DNA from: Macrostomum lignano | Lineage: Eukaryota | Reading direction: 5' to 3' | DNA length: 64,000 nt | NCBI GenBank assembly: GCA_002269645.1 | Contig: NIVC01001018.1 | Span: 1-64,000 of the forward strand | Part shown: positions 48,841-59,636 of the stretch, in pieces | Layout of the letters: each line of letters starts with the position of its first letter | Numbering within the stretch: the first letter of the stretch is position 1 | Notes under the pieces: generated by a model | Database searches by the model: none | The model's input: only the letters and a program-made list of their open reading frames with translations | What the model was told of the DNA's origin: nothing | Translations under genes and position numbers: made by a program

Positions 48841-50229
48841 TAGCAACAAACCGTGACAGTATCAATTGAAAGTGAATTTCACGAATGCAGAACAGCCGAG
48901 ATTTCCCCCAGAATCGATTGCTTTAACTAATGTAATTACTTCGTTATCTGCTGTACAAAAAGCTGCTCAAATCATTGTCATTAACTACCGAATACCCTCC
49001 AAATCCGGACCATCTGGAGGCGGAGAGAAAATGCGACAAAAATCCTCCGGGAGTTGAGTCTCGAATTTCCGAAATCGATGGACTGAAAGTATGGAACAGC
49101 CTGAGTCCCCAGGAATCCGGGACTGGATGGACTCGCGGACACAGAAAATCACTCCGGTCTATTTTAGCCACGGAGTTCTCGGCGGCAAAACACGCAAGTA
49201 AAAAGCAGAAATGCGATTCCAGTAATCTTAGCTTTGAGAAATTCCCATTATTCCAACCATTGTGAGCACTGAGATCTCACGCATTGCTGACTGCTCGATC
49301 TCACGAGTCACTCACTCAAACTCACACATCACCCACTCAACCTTACCTATCACTCACTCGATCTCACCCATTCTCTTACTGGATCTCACCTATCTCCGAT
49401 TTGATCTCATCCAACTCTCACTGGATCTCACCCATCTCTCACTGAATCTCACCATTCTCTTACTGGATCTCACCCATTCTCTCACTGGATCTCACCCATC
49501 TCTCACTGAATCTCACCCATCTCTCACTGGATCTCACCCATCTCCTACTCAATCTCACCCATCTCACCCTCAGTCCCGTCAGTGTTTAAGCACAAGAGCA
49601 GCATGAGCCGCCATCAGTTTAAGTGGGATAAGTGGGATTCTAATTTGAGAAAGAGAGGCAGAACCACAAAGACACGGCATAGAAGAGTCCCTGAAAGAAG
49701 TCTTTCGATAAAAATCGCCAGCGTCTCTATAGTTAAAACACGCCGCGAGAAATACCAAAATATCCCATCCAGCTCCCTGCGGAAGGGCAATCCGATTTCT
49801 CATCTCGCCAGGATTTTATCGCGCTTATCCTCGGCGGTCGCGATTCCCAATTCGATTCGGTAGGGGGGGGGGGGGGGCTCAGAGAATCGGGGCATTCAAT
49901 TTCTATCGCCAAGCCTCAGACAGAGTAAACAGCTCTGCTGCATAGGATGCGTGCGCGTGCGTGACTGCGCTGAATTTGGCAACAAAAGTAGATTCTTTCG
50001 ACGCCAAAAGGGCGAGTGCAGGTGAGCCATGGGCTAAAGATGTCGGAGAATCGTTTAAAGCAGAATGGGAGACAAAAATAAACATATTTGAGGCAAAATG
50101 GGTAGAGCTAGACAGGCCTGAGGCGAATTTGAGATTAAGTCAGACACGTATAAAGTGAATTAGAAGCAGAAATTAAGCAACTAAACGAAAACATCAAAGA
50201 TGACAAACTGAACCTGGCTGACTCTCTGA

Positions 50230-50535
50230 TCATCCAGCCGGCTCATCCTGCTCCTTCGGCTTCGTCAGCGATTCCTGAGCCTCGGCCTCTGCGCCACCGC
50301 CGCCGACTCCGCTGCCGCTGTGCTGCTGTCGCAGGCTCTCCTTCCTGATTGACAGCGCTCGCTCGCGCTGCTCAGACAGCTGTCTCTGGTAGCAGTCCTC
50401 ATCTGCTGCCTTTTCTCGTTTGCGTCTTCGACGTACTTTGCGCTGGTCGAAATAACGACACAGACAGAACAAGGTGACCACGAACACGACGCCAAGGCCG
50501 ACCTCAAGGAATACCCAGGCCTGACCGGGACGCAT
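50230..50535 (-). CDS. Small single-pass membrane protein, 101 aa, uncharacterised
   Basis: GC-rich non-repetitive ORF: hydrophobic WVFLEVGLGVVFVVTLFCLC followed by a basic stop-transfer run (RKVRRRRKREK) and a charged low-complexity tail. Confidence 0.7.
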   Translation of the reverse strand: MRPGQAWVFLEVGLGVVFVVTLFCLCRYFDQRKVRRRRKREKAADEDCYQRQLSEQRERALSIRKESLRQQHSGSGVGGGGAEAEAQESLTKPKEQDEPAG

Positions 50536-50689
50536 TGCTGGCTTGTTGATGTGCCTGTTGATTGAGCTTGGTAGAGCAGTGATGGTAATAATACAGGCTC
50601 AAATGTATTGCGTTAATGTATATAACCTTGCATTGAGGCCCCTTAATTACCTCTATTCATAATAGAGCCGCTATTCATTAATTGCCTCT

Positions 50690-51185
50690 CGATAGAGAGC
50701 CGTTACACATTAATTGCCCCCTGATAGAGAGCCGTTACACATTAATTGCCCCCTGATAGAGAGCCGTTACACATTAATTGCCCCCTGATAGAGAGCTGTT
50801 ACACCTTAATTGCCCTTGATGGAGAGCCGTTACACCTTAATTGCCCTTGATGGAGAGCCGTTACACATTAATTGCCCCCTGATAGAGAGCCGTTACACCT
50901 TAATTGCCCCCTGATAGAGAGCCGTTACACATTAATTGCCCCCTGATAGAGAGCCGTTACACCTTAATTGCCCCCTGATAGAGAGCCGTTACACCTTAAT
51001 TGCCCCCTGATAGAGAGCCGTTACACCTTAATTGCCCCCTGATAGAGAGCCGTTACACCTTAATTGCCCCCTGATAGAGAGCCGTTACACCTTAATTGCC
51101 CCCTGATAGAGAGCCGTTACACATTAATTGCCCCCTGATAGAGAGCCGTTACACCTTAATTGCCCTTGATGGAGAGCCGCTACAC
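50690..51185. repeat. 33-bp minisatellite (GATAGAGAGCCGTTACACCTTAATTGCCCCCT)
   Basis: About 15 tandem copies. Confidence 0.94.
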
Positions 51186-52039
51186 CATGAACTACGAGCT
51201 ACAAACGGAGATCCAAGGACAAGTGAATACTCGTATTAAAAACGAGCCATATTGTCTAAGTCATTTCCTGCAACCTTACACCATGAGCCAGTGCAAAAAA
51301 TGTCTAACCGAAAATGCGACTAGCTCACCGCAGATGAGCTCCTTGAAGCGTTGGCGATTGTAATTACTCTTCTGCAGCTTGCACAGAGATGACTATTTCG
51401 AGATGAGCACCATACCCTCTGTCCTCGAGTTCGAGCCCTATTTACGCACAGGATGAAAAGAACAGTCACATGCAGCTAGTTCGATTCCTATCCTTTCTGC
51501 TCCTCTCTATCCAATCTCAGCCAGTGCTCGCGAGGCCCTGTCTATCTGTCTGTCGGTCTCCCATAGGCTGTTCAGGACTGCATACCGCGTCTTGGTCAGT
51601 GGGGAATTCTCAAAGGGGCAAAAACTGTCGTTGGTTCGAACGAGGATAAGGGGAGGGGCTAGGAACGAAGGGAAGAGGATCGGGGAAGCGGGAGAGGCAG
51701 CCTTGGAATATTTTTTGTGAGGATCAAACGAGGGCAGAGAGAGGGTTATAGGGGATTAAAGATAAGCTCGATATAGTAAAAGGAGAGACAACGACTGAAG
51801 ATTAATAAATACAATAGTCAATGATTATGTGCATAGGACTGACTGCATTTTGAGTCCTTTGTTGTTGACTCAGTGACTTATTCGGGTCAAATTACTTGTG
51901 TTTATACCTAACATGGCCTACATGTAGTAGAGATTGAGGTTGAGAGCTGCGGAGAAGGCAGTGGAATTACAGGCTTAACAGAAACATGCAAGAGGTTGAA
52001 GTGCAAAGAGAACAATACTATGGAAAGAGGGACTGGGAT

Positions 52040-52645
52040 GGGAGTAGAGAGACTGGTGTGAGAGTAGAGAGACTGAGGTGAGAGTAGAGAGTCTGAGGTG
52101 AGAATAGAGAGACTAGAGTGAGAGTAGAGAGACTGGGATCGAAAGTAGAGAACCTTGGGTGAGAGTAGAGACTGAGTGGGAGTAGAGGAACAGGAGCGGG
52201 AGTAGAAGGACATGATGAAGAGTAGAGGAACAGGAGCGGGAGTAGAAGGACATGATGGAGAGTAGAGGAACAGGAGCGGGAGTAGAAGGACATGATGAAG
52301 AGTAGAGGAACAGGAGCGGGAGTAGAAGGACATGATGGAGAGTAGAGGAACAGGAGCGGGAGTAGGATATGATGGAGAGTAGAGGAACAGGAGCGGGAGT
52401 AGAAGGACATGATGGAGAGTAGAGGAACAGGAGCGGGAGTAGAAGGACATGATGGAGAGTATAGAAACAGGAGCGGGAGTAGAAGGACATGATGGAGAGT
52501 ATAGAAACAGGAGCGGGAGTAGAAGGACATGATGGAGAGTATAGAAACAGGAGCGGGAGTAGAAGGACATGATGGAGAGTAGAGAACAGGAGCGGGAGTA
52601 GAAGGACATGATGGAGAGTAGAGAACAGGAGCGGGAGTAGGGTTA
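52040..52645. repeat. About 39-bp purine-rich minisatellite (GGAGCGGGAGTAGAAGGACATGATGGAGAGTAGAGGAACA)
   Basis: Tandem copies. Confidence 0.92.
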
Positions 52646-52885
52646 GACAAAGAATATGAAGGGATCGAACAAAACTAGATGCAAAGTACTATAGAAACAA
52701 TCCAACAGAGACTAGCATATGGCATACACTGTTTACCTGAATATAAACTGTATTAGAACAGGCACATGCACTCCATCATTCTTATTATACATAATCCAAT
52801 CCATGGCCTTCAACGCTGCAATATCACCAGCTGAAGCTTAATCACGCAGTTGAAACACACGCATCCTCTGCACTTAATCCTGGGC

Positions 52886-55800
52886 CACGGTTGGGCTGGA
52901 ATAAGATTTCGGGGTAAAAAAATGCCCAATAAAACGACCACTGCAGTGTGATAGAGGAACATCTCAGCTGCTAGGGGAATATTTTCCTAAAATGAAATCG
53001 GTTTGTCCTGACCAGTTATGCCTAATTATGTTAATTAGCTAGCATAATTAATTTATGTACTCGAAATTAGGCGCTTCCTTCGTGTGAAATCGCCTAAAAA
53101 CTGCTTTTATGGCCTGGTCTGCTTTTATGTTTTTATGATATAAACTGCTATTATACTGGATGAGCAGTTGCTAATCAGAATGTATGCAGCAGCCAATGCT
53201 CTGCTCAAGCTTCGATTTTAACTGTTGTGCTCTAGGTCCCACGCACTCTCTCTGCTCAATATTGAAATTAGCAAATGAACGTACGTATGAACTATTTCAT
53301 ATGCGTCAGACTGTCAGATGTACATTGATTGCTACTTTCATAGCCAACTCATAGCAGCACTCAAATAAATATCACAACCAATACTCAAGTCAGGGCCAAA
53401 TTCAAAACATTTGTCTCTTGCATCGGTGGCCAGCGATCAATTTCAGAATTTCAGAATATGCCGAATGCAAAAAAATCACATGAGGAGTGCAGAGAGAGTC
53501 TGTGTTTGCTCTGTTTGCGGAAAGCCTCGCGCTCAATTTGGTCGGTAGCCAATTTTCCTGCTGAGGATTTGGTGCCGAATTTCGCCTCTGTACAGTACAT
53601 TCTGCCGACCGGCTTGTGTGACGGGTGTCGACGCATCATTTCATCTCTATCTGGTCCAGCGCCTCGTGAGTTGCCACCAAGGCTAAACTATGAGCAGATG
53701 GTTGCCGACCTGCAGAGTCTGCCTCCGTCCACAAGAAATAATCCGCATTGCTCTTGCGAACTGTGCGAGCTTGCCAGATCGAAGAACAGCAGCAAGTTGA
53801 CAACTTCTGTCAGCTCTTACAGTACTGGCGCTGCTGCATCTCGTCCAGGACGACCTCGAAAACATCCATTGTCGGCAGCTGATGCAGCACAACCACAGTT
53901 CATTTGCTCGTTTTGTCGATCAGAAATTGGCCGTGGCAAGAAACACAACTGCTCAAGAGCAACGCGACTGACTAATCTGCAGCAGGGCGTCAGTCCTGAT
54001 ACGCAGGACATGCTGGCCAGCAGCTGCATATCAACAAAGGCTGCAGCAAGTGGCTCCAGCTGTGTTTCCTTGTCACGGATGGAAGGTGGTCGCCCAATGC
54101 GCGTGACTGTTGGTGCTAGTGTGGGCAATGGAGCAACCAGCTTTCCTGCAACTTCTATCAGCACAATGAAGACACTGAAAGGTGTGCTGAATCTTAGCAA
54201 CAATCAGACGCTGCAGGTCGCGCAGGTACTGAGAGCTGGTGCGAGCTCTTCGCGAGCAGTTGAATCTAGGCTGAAAGATTCATTAGTGACTCAGAATCGT
54301 GTATTGGAAGACTTTTTTAAACTTCAGACACTTCAATTCGAGCTGTCATCTTCTGCCATTGGTGATCGTGCTGCTGTCCTCTGCACTGATGCTTCGCGCC
54401 TCATTGAATTTATTGTCCAACAGCGAGGAGCCTCTAACTTCGAATGCCGGCTGGGGCTTGATGGTGGCGGAGGTTTTTTTAAGATTTGCGTGTCTGTCGT
54501 TGCGTCCACGTCTGACCATCAGGCGCACGGCGGTGCTGCTGCAGTTCACGAAAGTGTGCGACGCCACTCACAGTTCAATGACGCCGGAGTGAAAAAAATT
54601 ATAGTTCTCGCAATCGTCAACGACATCTCAGAAACGTACAAAAATGTAAAAACACTGCTACAGGCTGTTTCTGTGGTGGAGCTGTCTGCTGTGACTGTCA
54701 CAGACATGAAGCTAGCAAACATTCTCTGCGGACTCCAGCCCCACTCGTGTGCTCACCCATGTCCGTACTGCGAGTCTACTGCACCACTGACGACAAGCGG
54801 CAGGCCACGAACCCTCGGTAGAATTCGGCAGAAAGTGCAGGAGTTCAATTCTGCTGGACGAGTTTGGAGCAGAGCGAAGCAGTTCATGAACTGTGTCAAT
54901 CTGCCGCTGCTGGCTGGTGATGATGACGAGGAAGTGCTGATGCTGCTGCCCCCTCCTGAACTGCATCTTCTGCTCGGAATCAGTAACAAATTGCTTGATT
55001 CTTTGAACGAAGCTTGGGGCGAAGACCGCGGATTTGCATGGCTACAATCTCACGGCATCGTGCGAGCGGGGTACCGCGGCGGCACAATGGAAGGCAACGC
55101 TTGTCGCAAATTGCTGCTGATGGCTGAGGTTCTTCTTGAAGACGTTCCTCATGAACTACAGCCCTTCGCCCAGTGCTTGATTTGCTTCAACAGCGTTGTT
55201 AATGGAGCATTTGGCCAGGAATTGGCCCCGGATTTTGGTGAGCGAATCGAAAATTTTGGAGCTGCATACCTGGCACTCGGATTGACTGTCACGCCCAAAG
55301 TGCATGTTCTCCTTTGCCACGTGAGCGACTTCTGCCATCGCACTGGTCGTGCACTTGGAACTTGTAGCGAACAGGCAGTAGAGAGCGCACACTCGGATTT
55401 CCAGCGGACTTGGCAACGCTACAGGCTGCCAGCCGATCACCCACAGTTCGGCAATAGGCTGCTGCAGGCAACAGTGGCGTATAACAGCTGGCATATCTAA
55501 TGCAGTGACATATTTAATGCGGTGATGGCTTTTCATTTGACTAAATTTACTGTCGTGTTGTGCAGCCTACTTTGCTGCATGCTGTTGTTACCAGCACTAC
55601 TACATGGATGAAGAAAAACAGTATAATAGGAGCAATACTTCCATGACTATTTGTGAAGGGATCTGTCTCAAAGTTCAACATCCAAAAGTTTGAATATTGA
55701 TTCTATTGGCAATGGAAGTAATTCAAAAGAAATATTCAATATCTAAAAAAACTTTTGACCCAGACTTTTCTGCTCAGATTAGCAATATTCTCTTCTTCAT

Positions 55801-56326
55801 CTGTGACATGTATCTCGCAGTACCTGCATGCTAAAACATAAACTGATCATGAATTGCTATATAAGTTATATTATAATCATATATTTAATTTTATTGATAT
55901 AAATTTTAATAGGTGCTATCCAAATGTCCAACCTGCTGCTCAGTTTTGAAAAGACCCTTTCTCTGAAACGCTGGATATTTCTATTTTTTTCTTATAATTT
56001 TTGAGTACTAATAATATGAACTACAAAGTGCTCACTTTCTATAACTAATACTAATATATATTGATATTAAATAGCTACAGATTTTAATACGAACACAGCT
56101 CATAAAAGCAGTTTTTAGGCGATTTCACACGAAGGAAGCGCCTAATTTCGAGTACATAAATTAATTATGCTAGCTAATTAACATAATTAGGCATAACTGG
56201 TCAGGACAAACCGATTTCATTTTAGGAAAATATTCCCCTAGCAGCTGAGATGTTCCTCTATCACACTGCAGTGGTCGTTTTATTGGGCATTTTTTTACCC
56301 CGAAATCTTATTCCAGCCCAACCGTG
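52886..56326 (+). mobile_element. Intact Chapaev-type DNA transposon, 3441 bp
   Basis: Perfect 226-bp TIRs (52886-53111 and 56101-56326) starting CACGGTTGGG. 4-bp TSD GGGC at 52882-52885 and 56327-56330. CAC termini plus a 4-bp TSD fit Chapaev; Transib would have a 5-bp TSD. Confidence 0.93.
53458..55500 (+). CDS. Chapaev DDE transposase, 680 aa, uninterrupted
   Basis: N-terminal Chapa-like Zn motif H-X7-C-X2-C-X34-C-X2-C-X39-H-X2-C-X2-C, AT-hook RPGRPRK, second C2HC finger. RAG1/Transib-like core motifs LGLDGGGG, VTDMKLANILCGL..HPCPYC, PPELHLLLG, MEGNACRKLL, TPKVHVLLCHV, CSEQAVESAH. Confidence 0.93.
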   Translation: MPNAKKSHEECRESLCLLCLRKASRSIWSVANFPAEDLVPNFASVQYILPTGLCDGCRRIISSLSGPAPRELPPRLNYEQMVADLQSLPPSTRNNPHCSCELCELARSKNSSKLTTSVSSYSTGAAASRPGRPRKHPLSAADAAQPQFICSFCRSEIGRGKKHNCSRATRLTNLQQGVSPDTQDMLASSCISTKAAASGSSCVSLSRMEGGRPMRVTVGASVGNGATSFPATSISTMKTLKGVLNLSNNQTLQVAQVLRAGASSSRAVESRLKDSLVTQNRVLEDFFKLQTLQFELSSSAIGDRAAVLCTDASRLIEFIVQQRGASNFECRLGLDGGGGFFKICVSVVASTSDHQAHGGAAAVHESVRRHSQFNDAGVKKIIVLAIVNDISETYKNVKTLLQAVSVVELSAVTVTDMKLANILCGLQPHSCAHPCPYCESTAPLTTSGRPRTLGRIRQKVQEFNSAGRVWSRAKQFMNCVNLPLLAGDDDEEVLMLLPPPELHLLLGISNKLLDSLNEAWGEDRGFAWLQSHGIVRAGYRGGTMEGNACRKLLLMAEVLLEDVPHELQPFAQCLICFNSVVNGAFGQELAPDFGERIENFGAAYLALGLTVTPKVHVLLCHVSDFCHRTGRALGTCSEQAVESAHSDFQRTWQRYRLPADHPQFGNRLLQATVAYNSWHI

Positions 56327-56729
56327 GGGCTATCCATTTATCTGCAGATGAAGTTGCATGTCTGCGCTGCCCATCCGACAGCCCTTTCCCCCCAGCCCCT
56401 GTGAGGAATGAAAAACACAACTCGCACAATTAATTGCATTGGTGTTGGACCAACAGAGTTGTATTACTAGTTCTAGTGTAGCGTGTCTCGGTAATGCATA
56501 AACTTACCATGACTCTCCGGCACGCGACAGGACTGGACACTCCCAGCCTGTACGAGTATTCCCACAGCTATAACTGGATTTCCCGTCTGCAGTTAAAGGA
56601 ATCCAGCCTGAATTAAGACTGCACGACAGCTATAGTACTCGAAAAACGGTTTACTTTGTTGTTATATTGAGTACGAGAGCTGCTTTGGTTATAGAGGGGT
56701 ATCAATGTATTCATTTCTAACAAACAAAA

Positions 56730-57550
56730 TTATGAGAACAAATTCTCATATGAGTACTAACAAGACTGAGAGCAGCACTGATTATGAGAATCCCTCGATG
56801 AGAATGAGAACAGCACTAATTATGAGAACCCTCTACGTGAGAAAGAGAACAGCACTGATTAAGAGAGCCCTCTGGGTGAGAATGAGAGCTGCACTGATTA
56901 TGAGAACCCCTAAGTGAACAGCACAGATAATTAGAACCCCTTAGATAAGAGAATGAGAACAGCACTGATTAAGAGAATCCCTTAGGTGAACAGCACAGAT
57001 AATTAGAACCCCTTAGATAAGAGAATGAGAACAACACTGATTATGAGAATCCCTTAGGTGAACAGCACAGATAATCAGAACCCCTTAGATAAGAGAATGA
57101 GAACAGCACTGATTATGAGAATCCCATAGGTGAACAGCACAGATAATCAGAACCCCTTAGATAAGAGAATGAGAACAGCACTGATTAATGGACTGGTTGT
57201 GCGGAGCAATCGCACAAACCGGCTTTAGTGCCCAGCGCGTTAATTGTACATCGCCGCCTGCCCCCCTTTTGGGTGGCAGGGGGTTTTTAAACCCCCGTCG
57301 CGCTCTACTGGCGCCTTGCCTTCTCGCAGTGAATTTTTTTCCTTCTTTTTCTCGTGTTAAGTCTGCTTTAAGCCAAATATAGATTGAAGTTCGGAACATT
57401 TTTTTCATTGACGGAGGCCTGCTTCGTTTCTGTGCCAAGTTCGCGTTTTAATGCCGTTGTTGCTAGAAGCACTAAGAGAATCCCATAGGTGAACAGCACA
57501 GATAATCAGAACCCCTTATTAGATAAGAGAATGAGAACAGCACTGATTAC
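56730..57550. repeat. Compound minisatellite (GAGAATGAGAACAGCACTGATTA...), interrupted at about 57188-57470
   Basis: Tandem units on both sides of a unique GC-rich insert. Confidence 0.88.
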
Positions 57551-58093
57551 AACAGCTCCCAAAAAATATTACACAGCGCAGACACTTATCGCACGGTACA
57601 CTGCACATAGTAATTATATGAGAGCTCATTAACAAACGCTCAATGGAAATGATAATTAAGAGGGAAAGCAAATTCAATCAAGCGAAACAAATAGGCAGAA
57701 AAGCCTTGGAACCCAATTACAGCCTGGGTCCACCCTGAGCAGAGATAAAACAAGTCGCATGAAAAATGGCCCGAACTAAATCTTACAAGAGGCTCAAGAT
57801 ATCTCCAAGTATATTGGAACTTGAAATCTAGTAAGTATTGTGATTAAATGATTAACATGAACTCTAACTGTATTGCACTGTATTCTATCTTACACATTGG
57901 CCTGACTAGATTAGCAATCCATTCTACACTTCTTCATCAGGGAATTACATGTAAAGGGGTCTACGGCAAACGCTCCGACTCTCTCGCGCTAAAGACACCA
58001 ATGAATGCCAACCCACAAGGCACAAAAAGTGCAGTACATGCCTAACAATTAGGAAGTCGGGGCAATTGATGTCAATTACTTTTCAAAAAAAGA

Positions 58094-58350
58094 GGGGCTG
58101 TAGCCCAGTGGTCAGAGCGTCGGACTTACGACTAAAAGGTCGGGGGTTCGATTCCCAATCCACTGGAACAATTGTGTCCTTGAGCAAGACACTTAACTCT
58201 GCATTGCTTCAGTTCACCCAAATGGGTGCCAGCATTAGCTGGGGTAATTGAGGCTGTGTGGCGACCCCCCCCCCCAGTCCTTGGACTGAACAGCCGTGCG
58301 CAGCCTTCAGATGCGCCGCGCAATAGCTGCGGCTGAGCTGTCGGTTGCAC
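58094..58350 (+). mobile_element. tRNA-derived SINE with a CORE/V/Meta-like central domain
   Basis: A-box TAGCCCAGTGG, B-box GGTTCGATTCC, then GTGTCCTTGAGCAAGACACTTAAC, typical of the conserved SINE central domain. Confidence 0.85.
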
Positions 58351-58615
58351 ATTTGGCCATTAGGGCAGGTGTACTATTATCATTATTACTAGTTAAACAG
58401 AGGAAGTGAAAAATGAAGAATATTTTGAGCTAATTATTTTAATCCAGACACAGAAGCGTTGAGCTTTTATTTAAATTTTGCGTTCACACGAAGACAAGCT
58501 GCAATCCCGTTCTGTTTATTTGTGCAAACAACAAGCGCATTATCATCAATCGCTAAGCAGTCTCTCTGTCCATGAAACAATCGTCAGTTCAATCCAGCAG
58601 AAGCGAAAGTTCACT

Positions 58616-59300
58616 TCAGGGCATCTCCGTGACCTGGAAAAATTAAAATGAGAAATAAAAAACACGGGCATTTGATATTTTATTGACTATCCAAAAACCG
58701 AAATCTAAAAAAAATTCTTAATTAAGAAATAATACCACTAATGCTACTATTGCTACTATAAGTAGGTCACAAAATTTCAAGTAACCTAGGTTTCTATGTC
58801 ATAAAAGTGTGTGTCGTGTCTTATGCCATTTTTCAATTGAAGCATCAATAATTATGTAATTATTGAGATTCTCAACCCCAGGTAGGAATGCACACTAACC
58901 GCAGCCAAGTTAGCTTAACTTCTGGGTAAGAAAATACGCTACTTCTGATACTCACCGAAGCGCTGATGCTCAGGTCCAGGGCCTTGAGCATCTCGCTAGT
59001 GATGGGGTCAATCTCCAGGTCAGTGTCCAGAGCGGACACATCCGGCACGTAGTTGTCCCTCCTCTCGCGCTCCTCCTCCTGCAGCTTGATGGAGATGCCG
59101 CGCACCGGGCCGCGCTGGATTCGCTTCATCAGGTGGGTGACGAAGCCGGCGATTTTGTTGCGCAACCGTTTAGAAGGGATGATGGCGACCTCCTCGCAGA
59201 CGCGCTTGTTAATGTGGAAATCGTTGCCCAGCCGGGTGTAATACTTCTCGATGATCACGCGAGACGCTTTCTTCACGGTTTTAGTGCGAACTCGGCCCAT
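58616..59300 (-). CDS. RPS17: 40S ribosomal protein S17 (eS17), 120 aa, 2 coding exons
   Basis: Exon 59300-58956 [21 protein letters not shown]...[15 protein letters not shown] (donor TCG|GTGAG) plus exon 58633-58616 (TTCCAG|, VTEMP*). Confidence 0.97.
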
Positions 59301-59570
59301 GATTGGATGCTAGTGATTAGCACTGCTGAGGCTGCAATAAGTTCGAAGTTGTGCGCTCTGAGATACAGCTATTTAGTCCATAAAGTATTTATAGTTTTAC
59401 AGCAGGGACTTTATTATTTCGATTAATGACAGGGGGCTGGCTGTGTGAACCCTGGCATGCACATGCGCAAGCGCGACCCCCTCCCCCCTGATTTACATCG
59501 GCCGTGCGACACTTTTTGACAAAAATGCGACTTAACTATGAAAGAAACCTAAGCAACAATTAATGTAATT

Positions 59571-59636
59571 GTGGGTAAACGGTAGGAGTAATTATGGCTG
59601 TATTATTAAGCCTAAATGCCTCGTCATCTAATTAGT
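59571..59636 (+). other. Orphan fragment of 28S rDNA spanning the R2 retrotransposon target region (not a gene)
   Basis: GTGGGTAAACGGTAGGAGTAATTATGGCT...AAATGCCTCGTCATCTAATTAGT matches conserved 28S GCGGGTAAACGGCGGGAGTAACTATGACT-CTCTTAAGGTAGCC-AAATGCCTCGTCATCTAATTAGT; the last 23 nt are identical. Confidence 0.8.

Noticed and set aside
18299-52650. Many long periodic ORFs (for example 19992-20732, 27373-28686, 40983-41975, 41320-42432, 44834-46888, 51908-52609)
   Set aside because: They are translations of intronic or intergenic tandem repeats, open in several frames and both strands at once, with no splice support.
53451-55536. Antisense and alternate-frame ORFs within the Chapaev element, including a possible RAG2-like partner
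   Set aside because: Short shadows of the GC-rich transposase frame; no kelch/PHD-like sequence and no room for a second gene.
58094-58170. Functional tRNA gene
   Set aside because: No pairing acceptor stem or Pol III terminator; the head runs directly into a SINE core domain.
58132-58350. Minus-strand ORF containing VKCLAQGH
   Set aside because: Typical antisense translation of a CORE/V-type SINE, not a gene.
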